In this document: positions 14,919 to 27,461 of the stretch, one piece after another
Layout of the letters: every line of letters begins with the position of its first letter
Numbering within the stretch: position 1 is the stretch's first letter
Assembly: GCF_009914755.1 (NCBI RefSeq)
Contig: NC_060942.1
Source: the human T2T-CHM13v2.0 reference genome, Homo sapiens
Length of the DNA: 64,000 bases
Direction: 5' to 3' (one strand)
The notes under the pieces: generated by a model
Database searches by the model: none
What the model was told of the DNA's origin: nothing
Seen by the model: only the letters and a program-made list of their open reading frames with translations
Translations under genes and position numbers: made by a program

Positions 14919-17900
14919 AAAGCAGTTTATTTTTCTAATTGCCTCCAGCTTAAAACAATGAAGTTGTGTAGTAGAGAATGCAAGGCCTAGCATATTTGTG
15001 CAGGAGGAAACATGGAAGCTAATTAGACTGTTAATGGTAAAGATTAAACCCTGGTACTGACGAGTCTCTCAAGAGCCAAATACATCAGCCCCCTTATTTT
15101 ATAGAGCAAAGACTCAGGATCTCCAAGGCAATGTGATTCACCCATATTTATAACTGGTTGGGGAAAAGGCAATGCTAGAATATTGGGTTCCTCCCATCCA
15201 GTCCAGGACTCTCTCTTTCTACTATAAGACATGTGAATATTGAGGCCAGCATTCTGGAAGCAATCTGTTGTATTTGGTATTTTGCCGATGCAGATTACAG
15301 TGAAAGGATTTGGATCACTTCAGGATGAATACTCAAATCCCAGTAAGTGGTCAATTTTACCAATGCATTTAAGTAAGTAAGCTGAGCACCAAAAATAGAA
15401 AAATGCCCAATTATGAAAATCTTTGTAGACAATGCATTTATCTACATTTGCAAACAATGTAGATAATTTCAGGTAAACTTAGAAAGAAATAAAGTCAAAT
15501 TTTCACCCTTCTCAAGTTATGGGGTTTTTTTGGTTTTTAGTTTGTTGCATTTTGGTTTGATTTGGCTTTAAACTATTAATTCCTTGCCCCTGCTTGTTCT
15601 TTAGAGAAACCTTCAGAATGCAGCTGCAGCCTTCTCCCCTTGTCTCCCTTGCAGCTGCAGCCTCACAAAAGGAGGAAATCATTCCCAAACCATCAGAGAA
15701 ATCCCTCTTCTTAGAAATGGGAGCTGGGTGTATTTCTCTGAAGTCTTGTGGAAGTGGTCAACTGCTGTCACTAAGGATTATCTGGTCTCTGAATAACCAG
15801 GGGCGTAAAGCAAAGTGGGAGCAGGAAAGACTGATCCTCCCCAACAAGCCTGCTCAGGAAAGGGAACTACATCCTGTAGCCTTCTTTCATCTTCTCAGCC
15901 ACACCCAAACGTGGAGAGTCAGCTGCATTAACACAGTCATCTTCAAAGGCAGAGGACAGCAAAGCAAGAAGGGAGAAAAAAGGAAAAAATCTTAATGACT
16001 AATTGGCAAACCATCTGTCTATATGTATTATCTCTCTATGTTACCTTCACTATTTTCCTTTTTAAGTTCTCATTGATTTAAGCCTGAAGACATTAAAGTG
16101 TGTAATATATTCTAGTCTGCTCCTCAGCAAAGCCCTCCTAGTGGCTCAGAGATGGAAGGTTCTGTACCCCATACCCTTAGCTTAACAATAATGACAACCA
16201 CGAAGTCCCACAAGGTTAGGAGACTTGGCCAAGATCCTGTGGCTCCTTAGAAACAGAGCCAGTGCTAGAAACTCGATATTCTGACTTCTTCCTCACTCAG
16301 CATTCTTGCTCAGATAATATCTTATTAAAAAATTATCTTCCTTTTACAGTATGGTATTTTATGCCTTTTATAGCTGCCTTTCTCACTTTCCTAAGTTTAG
16401 ATCAGAAGCCTTGGTTTTTATCCTTTTCTATCAAAACTTGCAATTGGAAAATGTTTTATATCTGTCTTTTACCACTTAAGATGAATGAGAATCCCTGCAC
16501 CACCTTCCCTGAGGGTGTATTCGTGTTCAGCCATATATTCTGAATTGAGGAATGGAAGATGTGTGTCCTGTTAAAAGATCTGTCATCAGGGCAAATTGGG
16601 GGTAGAATTGGAATAGTTTTTGACACTCTAGTTTCTGAGAAACTATCTATTATTAGCGATACAAAATGCACACATCACCTCACCTTCCAGAAAACTATGT
16701 GAGAAAATGGTGAACAACTGTAAGATGAGGAAGTTTTGTAAGGTGGTAACCTCCTAGAAAATTCCACCTATGTGGAAAAGCATTTACCAGTACCAATGTA
16801 GAGTATTTCTACTTTTCCAGAGGAGACAGTAAGAGATTTCTTTCTTTTCCCTTTCTTTTTTTTTTCTTAAAAACAACAACAACAAAAAAACTGAACAAAT
16901 GTATCTTGAGTGTCATTGCTGTTGTATCATTTTGGGGTCTTTCTACTTTGCCTCAGACCTCCTGGGGACTCAGAAGAGGGAACATCTGTTTGTCTGTTTT
17001 GCTCCCTTTTGCAGAACTTGCTAAATAGGGAAGAAGCTGAATTTTTAATGTTCCCAAAGCTCTGTGTGAAACGATGATATTGGGTTGCAATTGAAGAAGA
17101 GTTTTAAGACAGGCAATTTTATACCAACTTACATAATGCATGCCAAAGTGACAGGCTGTTATGGAATCGCATCTGCAATTGTGAGCTGCATAATACAGCA
17201 ATAGTATTTGAATATTATCAGATTGTAAATCGTAGAAATGTGGTATTAAGTGTTTGTGAGGAGTGAATTATGCCCTCTTCTATCGCAGAGACCCTAGGAG
17301 CAGTGAAAGCAGCCAGTGAATGGTGGGTTTCTCTGATTTATTGACAGGGCTAGTTGACTGGGATGATGCTTGTTTTTATGTGTGGCACTATTATCAGTTC
17401 TGAGGCTTTACTCTAAAGAGGACACACACAGTTTGGAGGGATAATGTCTGCACGCCTCCCCTCCTGGATGCCACGGCACCTGGAACATCCAGTATTATTT
17501 GGTTTTCTTTGGAAGGAAACAAGAAATCTAGAGAAATATATAAAGAATAAAAACAAGTCTCCAGAGATAAACAGGAGAGTTTGGGAAAGCTAGAGATATA
17601 GAAAAGGAAGGCTAAACAAGGACATGAATAAGAATTGTAAATATCTTGAAGGTAGCATAGTAAATGAAGGGTGGAAATTATTCACAGTCTAAGATGATGG
17701 CAGAAGTAGGTGAAGTAGATAAAGGTAAAGTGGCCTATAGGTAAGGAAGAAAAAGCTTGGGCCATATAATTTTTAAAAAAGTTTATAGCAATAAGAATGG
17801 CAAGACAGATAATTAGGTTGCTAAGAGTCATTGACGATATTAAAAGAATAGTTTGATAAAACATTAGCAGAACTGATGTCGAGAACAGAACAGGTGCAAC

Positions 17901-18224
17901 AAGCGGCATTTGATACTCCTGTTTCTGGAGATTTTGGTGGCCTATGCAAACATTTTCCCTGCTGGATGCAGTTTTGCCAATATTCATGACAAAAATCTTT
18001 ACTCTCATGTGATAATGACATATTTAAGAAGCAAAATCTCCAGTTAGACTGGGAGCTAGAAGGTAGCAATCGACAAGCAGGATGGGCTTTCCTTCTCACT
18101 GAGAAACATCCTTATTCCTGACTTTGAAACCCTGATGATAGAGTGCATGAGTTAAATTAGGCTGATGGGTTAGAGAAAGCTTTTTGAATGGGTTGAGCTC
18201 TAAAAGACATGGATATAGGGCATA

Positions 18225-18536
18225 TTTAATTTTATTTATTTATTTATTTTTATTGAGACATCATCTCATTTTGTCACCTAGGTTGAAATACAGTGTCATG
18301 AACATGACTCACTGCAGCCTCTGCATCCCAGGCTCAAGTAATCCTCCTGCCTCAGCCCTCCAAGTAGCTGCGCCTACAGGCACACATCACCATGCCCTGC
18401 TAATTTTCATAATTTTTGTAGAGATGAGATTTTGCCACATTGCCCAAGCTAGTCTCGAACTCCCGAGCCCAAGCAATCAGCCTGCCTTGGCCTCTCAAAG
18501 TGCTGGGATTATAGGCATGAGCCACTGAATCTGGCC
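18225..18536 (-). mobile_element. AluJ element
   Basis: Reverse Alu dimer with (TTTA)n tail. Confidence 0.93.
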
Positions 18537-20047
18537 TACTCATTCTTTGTTGCATAATTATTCTAAAAGGAATGTGGTTAGGTAATTTAGGATTTAAATA
18601 CAGAGAAGAAAGGAAGATGGCTGTTTCAGTTGGGCATGTCTCATAAATTTTTTCAAATGTTTCCCAACTAGATTCAGCAGTAAGAGTGACAATATTTATA
18701 ACCCAGAAGTTCTCAGGTTAGAGTGTTGAGGTATCAGTCTTGCAAGGGTTGATGGTTGTTCCCAACTCACAATTAGATGGAACTATATATCCAGCGATAT
18801 AAATGTGAAAGTATCAGAGATGTGCCCACATCCATATGCAGAGTGTTACATTTAATTCCTACTCTATGCATTCAAAAGAGCAGACAGAACACACAAAACA
18901 GCCTCCTTTACATCCTCACTGTATAGTATCAGTAGAAAATATGTTACTAAGAAAATGAACGCATGGTGACATCAGAGGAACACCTCCATTGGATGGGGAA
19001 CCATGACTAATACCTAAAGTATGAAGGGCTACTTGAGTGAGTCCACAGACTGCTACAATAAGTCAAAGTGATTCTACAAATGTTGTGGTTTATAACATTT
19101 ACAAACGTTATAGAAGAAACAAGATGGGGCTGTGAAAATTGCAGGAGTATTAGTCTGAGTGGCACAGCTGGGAAATACTACATCTTGCTTCACTGTCAAA
19201 TCTTTGGCCAAGCAGCAAACAACAGTGACTACTGGAACAGACAATAATAATGAATGTGAATTCTTAGGGTGAAGAACAAGGTAATGACTTGAATGGCTGC
19301 TAAAGCTCAAGGAAAATAGGGTAACCCCACACCTAGAAGAGAATACTCCAGAAAGCTAAAATTCTGCTTTTTCTTCCTAAAAATCTACCCAGAAATCAAT
19401 ATAAACTACAGTGGTGTAACCTGGCTCACAGCCCACAAAATCTATGGAAACAGACACAGCATTACCAGAGAGGTAACAGTGGATCTCAATACAAAGATAA
19501 ATCCACAACCAAGCATAACCAAATACCTGGGGAGAGCCATACTATAAAGGAGAGGTAGAAAACTTGGCAAATAGAAGAATATGTACTCATAGAAACAGTA
19601 AAGAGAACAAACAATGCACTAGGGTAAATAATATACATCTCCTCTGAGAGACACAGAGATTATTATGATTATTTTAGAAAAAACATTTTAGTTTCAGGAT
19701 GGTGAAGTGGTCTAAAAAGGATTCAACTTGCAAACTGAAAAGTTAATTTTGAAATAAAGTGAATTAAAAAGTTGAATAGTAGACTATTAAAACGCTGAAG
19801 AGTAAAAATGTGTTTAGCTGCAAGGTGGAATTGAGGAGATGATTCCACTCTATAAGGTATATTTACAAAAAAAGAAATGAAGACAGGAAAACACATGTGC
19901 AGAAATTTGGAAATTGTAAGCCAAATAATGCCAAACAATGTTCTAGAGAGACATCATAGAGAAGTGGAGAGGAAAATAGGCAAAAACATAAAATTTCAAA
20001 ATTCTCAGGATTGAAGAAGGATATAAGTTTCTAGAATGAAAGAGCTA

Positions 20048-20187
20048 GGCTGGATGTGGTGGCTCACCTCTGTAATCTCAGCTACATGGGAGGCTGAGGC
20101 AGGAGGACCATACAAGCCCAGGAGTTCAAGACCAGCTTAGGCAACATAGAAAAGCCCCATCTCAAAACAAAAGAAAACATGTATAAA
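20048..20187 (+). mobile_element. FLAM (free left Alu monomer)
   Basis: Single Alu arm plus A tail; 15-bp TSD TAGAATGAAA(G/A)AGCT at 20032-20046 and 20188-20202. Confidence 0.9.
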
Positions 20188-21848
20188 TAGAATGAAAAAG
20201 CTCACAAAATGTTAAGTGTGATTTATAAAAAGGATGCTACACATAAAAATAGCATGGTGAAATTCACAAACTTCAATGATAAAGAGAACAGAGAGTCTTA
20301 AGAGAAAAAAAGGGAATAAAAGAGATTTCAAAGTATTCCAATTTGACCTCAGATTCTCATCAGTAATAATGAACGCAAGAAGCCCATTTCTCTCAAGTTT
20401 CTTAGAGAAAATTATGTTGAATTCTATTATTAATTTTTGAGGGCAAAATAAAGACATTTAAAATTTTTTTTGGACATAGATACTTTATCCTCCATAATTC
20501 AAGTCTGAAAGAATTACTAGAGCATACATTCCAGGAAGTAAAGTAAATGAATCCTAGAGAAGATAATAGAGTTTAAGAAACAGCACTGAGCAAAGAAATC
20601 AATAAAATGTATTGCTAAGTCTAAATGAGCATTGATTACAAAATATCAACCTGAAACTAAAATCATATACGATATTGATGCTAGATAACATCACTAAACA
20701 TGCAACAGAGAATGGCTTACTAATGAACATTTGTTTACTGTTGTATTATTTTATTTTATTTTTTCTCTATGCATGGTCTTAAACATTGTCTCATTTTCTC
20801 TTGCTCTGGGCATGTAGTGATAAGAACATCTTACTTCTTTGAAATCTTGCCTGTATCATCCCATTATAATTTTTAGATCTTTCATTTACTGGTTTTTATT
20901 TGTGTTATAACACCAAATAGACTATGAACTCCTGCAGATAAAGTAGTTTATTAATTTAATTTAATGAGGCAATAACAAATATTTCTAAGATGCTAGTTGT
21001 ATATTTAAAGAAAATAGTGTAGTTTTCTGTGCTGGCTGGTGCAGTAGACATCATGGGATTAGGTAAGAAGCGCAGATGATAGGGCGAACCTCCAAACACA
21101 CAAATAAGTCATTTTTTAATAAAATAATTTGTCTGTATGATGTTGAAGGAAAAAGAACCCTTAAAATGCAAAAAAAAAAAAAATACCCTCTGTTATTCCC
21201 ATTGGCCTATCTCTACTGGCCAGAATTCTACTGCAGAGACCCATATGCAAAAATATAAATTTTTTGAAAATCCCAACTCTACCAGAAAAAGGCTCTGGAC
21301 ATTCAACTGCCACAGAAGTCCTCTGAAAATATCTGGTACAACATAAATTCACCATTTTCACTTAAAGTAATAAATATAAACACAGGTGTCACAGGACATT
21401 ATAAGGCAAAAGGGAAAGAAATACTACCTGAGAAAATGTTGCCAAGATGTAGATAACTATCCAGGCCAAATATATCATTATCATTGAAAAAATATACTCA
21501 ACTTTCCTGTAAAGCAATAATATAAACGAAAATATATTAAAGAAAGCGAAAGTGGGGTAGGAGTAGGAAGTGGAACATGAGCTGAAATAGCTCAGGAAAT
21601 AAATAGCATAAACCATAAAGTAATCACAGAAATGTAGATGAAATAAAAATGAACAAAATAAAATATAATTAGGTCCATAGGGCATGAAAATGAAAAAGCA
21701 AAAGGAAATATGAGTAAAGGAGGAAATTTAAAAAAAAAGGAGGAAATGAACATTGAGCCTACATATTATCAGAGTCCTTAAAGAAAAAATAAAAACAAAA
21801 AAATCATAAAGAGAAAATATTTAACTATGTAAAGTCAAGAAAATTTGT

Positions 21849-22158
<310 letters not shown>

Positions 22159-24788
22159 TTACAGAGTTTAAAAAATCATTTCATTTCTATATATTATAAG
22201 ATACCTGTGCCAGGGAACACTGATGATGATCAAGTCTAAAATGCATGATAATAAAGGCACTAAGCTCAAATGAATTTTTAAAAAAGAATTTTTAGGACTT
22301 CAGTGAGAAATAACCAATTCTCTTGTAAGATGGGAATGAAAGAAACAAACAAGGCTGCCTGTGACTTCTCTATGGCAACCATCAACACCAGAAGACATTA
22401 GGGCAACACCTACACATTTCTTGAAGATAGAAAATGACTTAAGGATTTTGTATCTAGATCTAATGCCAATCAATTATAACATCAAGTGACAAATGACTTT
22501 TAAAATCCAAGAACTCATGAAATATTTTCTGATGTGAAATTGTTAAAAATTCTAGTTCAAGACTAGTCAATCATGGTATGACTAGGGAAAGTACAGCAAG
22601 AGCATTGGCAGTATCCAATATCGGCATATATCTGTAGACCTATGATGAAGACTAATGTGGGGACGAGGTGTTGGAATAGAATGCAAACGCTGCATGTTTA
22701 AGAAATTATACGAATACTAAAATTGGGGAAAGAAAGAGTTAAGAAGTTGGGAGACAAAATCAATCAAATTAATTTAAGTATAAATCTATTAAAATATAAA
22801 GGTAGATATTAGTTAATAAATTAAGTGAAAATAACTTAGAGAGATTTGTAGATAAGAGGAGAAATGACTGTAGTGGCCACCTAATAGAAATTGTCTAAAA
22901 CTTTGAGGCTAGTACTATAAAGATAAGAAAAAAGATACAGCATTTCTTCAATATCAGAAACATGAACATGTAAAACAAACCAAAACAAAGGGCGCAGAAA
23001 ACTATTTCAAAATGCCATAAAAAGATAAACCTTAAGTCCATATATGTATGCCGTATCAATAAATTTAAACTGGCTGAACTCATCTTTCAAAAGAAAATGA
23101 CTTTCAGATGTGATCTGAAGTGAAAGCAAAATTCTAACTACAGTAAATCCATAAATATAAGCCACCACACACATGTACACACATATATAAAAGTAACTCC
23201 AAAATATAACAAAAAATAAAACCTGGCAAAAACTTTCTAGAAAAACTCAAAGAAAATGAAAGCAAGATTCATAATCCTAATATCAGACATGATTAAATTA
23301 TGGCCAATAGACAAAAAGTCACTTTCAACTGCTAAAGTGTAAAATCGACAACAGAAATATTGCTAATATAAATATCTATACTCCAAATAGCACAACACTA
23401 ACACTCTTAATCAAAACATATTATATATACTGGTATAAATAAGTACATAAATAATATATTTTGTTACCTCATTCAGGACATTTAAATCAGGTAATATGGG
23501 GAAAGTTTAATAAAGGGGTTATTTATTTACAGAGGTAGTCAGGATACAGAAAACCCACTAGAAATTGACAGACTTTCAGAGTTAGTAAGAACAAGTTTTA
23601 TCTCACCCCAGGCCTGAGGGAGCAAGTATAAATTATTATCAAAAATCCTACATGGTAGGAATTTCCCTGTAGTTAAAACATTATCAGAAAGGTAATGCAA
23701 ATCAATACAGAAACGACACCATTATCATAACAGATTGTCCAAACTTCAAAATAACTGTGAGTAAAAGGAAAAATAATCAAATACCAGCTTATATCTTATG
23801 GTCCTGCCCTGTACAAAGGCAGACCCAGAACAACTGTGGGAAATGCAGAATGCGGAAGCTGTTGAGAAGCCTGAATTTTATGCTAAACTTTTGCCCCAAA
23901 AGACTGTCAGTGTAAATAAGTCTGAAAATAGAAAAAAAAAAAATGGGTCTGCATGAATCAGAGCACTACCTACAGGGAGGAAACATTAAGGTACCTTCAA
24001 CTCAAAGGTGGCAGGTATGATTTAAAAGGGCAGGGAAGAATATAGGTCAAGAATGGGGGAGAATCACCCTTTGACAATTGGAAAATAGAAGGAAAAGGAA
24101 GAAAATGGTGGAAAATCTAAGGATAGAAGGTGTTGTAAGACAAAACCATAAAATCAGAGAACTCACCATAACTATTATTCCCAAACATGCAAAAGACAAG
24201 CAAACAACCCCACCAAAGCACCTAGAATTTGCTTCACTGAAAGAAGATGCCACTGAAACGTCCAAATTCTACAAAAATGGACAAAGAAAGTTAAGAGCTA
24301 CTGCAGAAATTCAAAAATAGCATTTTATACATATCTTCATGCATATCAACTGAAGATGATTTGCCCCTCCAAAAGTAACTCTGGAGCAGACAAAAACTGT
24401 AATTTTATCAATCCCAGTGGAATCAAATAGTCTCACACTAACACTTGAGAATATGAAAAATCAGATTGAATCCAAAAATCAATAAAATAAACCAAAATGG
24501 AAAAATGTAAAAATGAAAAGAGAGTTCATTGAACTTAGTAAATAAATGAAAGAAAAAAATTATTCCTAAATAAGAAAAAGAATTGCAAACATTCAGGAAA
24601 ATAGATTTAAATAAAAATGTAATAAAATGCATTGAAGAAAAGGCAGAAAAACAACTAACAGAGTGAAAATGACATAAATAAAGTAAAAATGGCCAGAGAG
24701 TAGAAAGTAAACTAATACTTATATTATTAAGTTCCCTAAAGAAGAAAAATAAAACATGGAGCAGAGCTAATATTTAAAACTGTAATTC

Positions 24789-25073
24789 AGCCAGGCACAG
24801 TGGCTCATGCCTGTAATCCCATACTTTGGGAGCCTAAGGAGGGCAGATCATCTGAGGTCAGGAGTTCCAGACCAGCCTGGCCAACATGGTGAAACCTGTC
24901 TCTACTAAAAATAGAAAAATTAGCCGGGCATGCTGGTGGGTGTCTGTAATCCTAGCTACTCAGGGGGCTGAGGAGGGAGAATCACTCGAACCTGGGAGGC
25001 AGATGTTGCAGCGAGCCGAGATCGTGCCACTGCACTCCAGCCTGGGTGACAGAGCGAGACTCCATCTCAAAAA

Positions 25074-25116
<43 letters not shown>

Positions 25117-25117
25117 A
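24789..25117 (+). mobile_element. AluSx-like element with (AAAT)n tail
   Basis: Full dimer; TSD AAA(C/T)TGTAATTCA. Confidence 0.96.
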
Positions 25118-27105
25118 ATTAAATTGTAATTCAAAAAAACTTGCCAGAAATAGAAAAAGACTTGAATCTATACTAAGTACCTGGGTTGGGGCGGAGGGGT
25201 AGACTCCAGAATGATAAACTCTGAGACTGATTCTAGTAGAATTATTTAATTTCAAAGATAAAGATGAGATCCTCAAGGACTACAGGAGAAAATGATCAGA
25301 GAATTTGCACTGGCAAAGGAATTAGACTGGTATCAAACTTTTGATAAAACAACATACAAATCAGGGCAACAATAGAGCAGAATTATAAACCATTCAGTGG
25401 AAAAGAGTGTGAAATAAGAATTGTATTACCAGTGAAGCTATTGTTTAAATGTCAAAGCCATAGACAAAGAGTTTTAAACTTACAAGAATGTAAGGACTTC
25501 TGCAGCCATTACCCCTGCTTACAGAATCTACTAAAGGATAAAGGTTCATCCAGCAAAGTAATGACTGGAAAACATTCATCAGATAGACTAATGGTGAACA
25601 TTTATAACTATGTAAATATGTATCTAAGACTTAAACAAAGACGGGGAATGAGGGTTGCTAACTAATATACGTATGTTACACATTAAGAAAAAAAGTTTGT
25701 ATTAATGTAAAAATTTTGTTTGTTATAAGAAAGTAGAAATAATGCAGTTAAATAATGGAAAAATACAGGAAACTAAAACAAAAAAATAGAATAAGTGCAC
25801 TGTTGTATAAGCAACAGGTAGGCATTAAAGCACACTAAGGAAAAAAATCAATACATCAGATAGTAAAATGTTAAATAAGAAAACAAGTAGTGAAGATCAC
25901 TTAATTAAAAATAAAAATGCAAAGGTTATCACTAGAACAAAAATATAAACCTTCCTAAATACAACATAAAATATTTTTAAATACATAATATACATATCAT
26001 GTAAAGAAGAAAACACAACAAATATAAAATAATGTGTAATAATAAAATATTATGACAGATTTTAGCTCAAGCCTACCAGTAAGTGGATTCCAGAATGTGC
26101 GTGGATTTCAGTCATGTAATAAAATAAGAAAACTTGCTATTGGTTCACAAAACGGGACCTAACTATATACTTTATAACAGAAAGATGCCTAAACTAAACA
26201 TACTCATAAATACTACAAATAAAGAATTGGACAGATGTGTACCATGAAAATGGAAACAGAGAGAGGGAGTAGTAGTAGCAATTCTGATATCAGACAAAGT
26301 AGAATTTAAAACCAAAACCATTAAATGTCAAGACAAGGAATACTTTTTAATGCTAAAAAACACAATTCACAATGAATGTATATTTATGCACCAAGTAACA
26401 CGGTGGCCACACATAGGAAACAAAATGTAAAAAATAAACACATTAATAATAGAATGCATTTATTGATCACTCCAAAATACAATCAAGTGGACAATCAATA
26501 AGGATATGGAAGATCAAAACAATATAATCAATAAGACTCTATGATATGTAGTGACCTTCATACCCTGATGGTAGGTAACACAGTTCCTTCTCGTGTGTCC
26601 ATGGTACAGTTCCAAATATTCATCATAAATCGGGTTATAAAAAAAGCATTAGCAATTTCCATAATGTGGAAATATAAACAACTTTCTGATCAAAATGCAG
26701 TAAACTAGAAATTATCAACAACAATGATACAAGCAAACAAACAAAAAGACCCTTCCATGTGGAAAGAATTCTATAAAATCTTTAACATAAAGGGGGATAC
26801 AAACTGAAATTTTAAACTTTCATGAAAAAATAATGACAATAGAAACACTACACATCATAACATAGGAGATGCATTTAGAGCAGTGGTCAGAGGAAAATTC
26901 ATAGCATTTTCAAACCCTAATATCAGTAAAAATGAAAGAATGGGAAAAATGGCCTAGTCTCAGCTCAAAAACTGGAAAAAGAAAATCAGAACAAATACAA
27001 AGAAAGCACAAAGAATGAAAGAATAAAAAAGAATAAAGAGGAGAATAAACAGATCTAATGAATAAATTACGTTCTACATTTTTTTGAAAAATTTAACAAA
27101 ATAGA

Positions 27106-27461
27106 TGATATGGTTTGGCTGTGCCCCCACCCAAATCTCACCTTGAATTGTAATAATCCCCACGTGTTAAGAGTAGGGCCAGGTGGAAATAATTGAATCA
27201 TGGAGGTGGTTTCCCCCATACTGTTCTCATGGTTGTGAATAAGTCTCATGAGATCTGATGGTTTTACAAACGGGAATTCCCTTGCACAAGCTCTCTTGCC
27301 TGTCACCATGTAAGTCATGACTTTGTTCCTCTTTCGCCTTCCTCCATGATTGTGAGGCCTCCCCAGCAATGTGGAACTGTGAGTCAATTAAACCTCTTTC
27401 CTTCATAAATTACCCAGTTTCAGGTATGTCTTTATTAGCAGCATGAGAACAGACTAATACA
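27106..27461 (+). mobile_element. THE1 (B/C) MaLR solo LTR inserted into old L1 ORF2
   Basis: Termini TGATATGGTTTGGCTGTG...AGAACAGACTAATACA, ATTAAA poly(A) signal; degenerate TSD ATAGA/ACAGG. Confidence 0.93.

Noticed and set aside
15594-15995. 133-aa ORF in unique DNA
   Set aside because: Non-ATG start in the track, no recognisable domain and no convincing splice boundaries; consistent with chance
16130-16146. CTCF-like motif (also ~781-797)
   Set aside because: Mismatches at core positions; not distinguishable from background without ChIP data
18184-18528. Alu-derived ORFs (also 5127, 30135, 36442, 49382, 56907, 59377)
   Set aside because: Typical Alu translations, not genes
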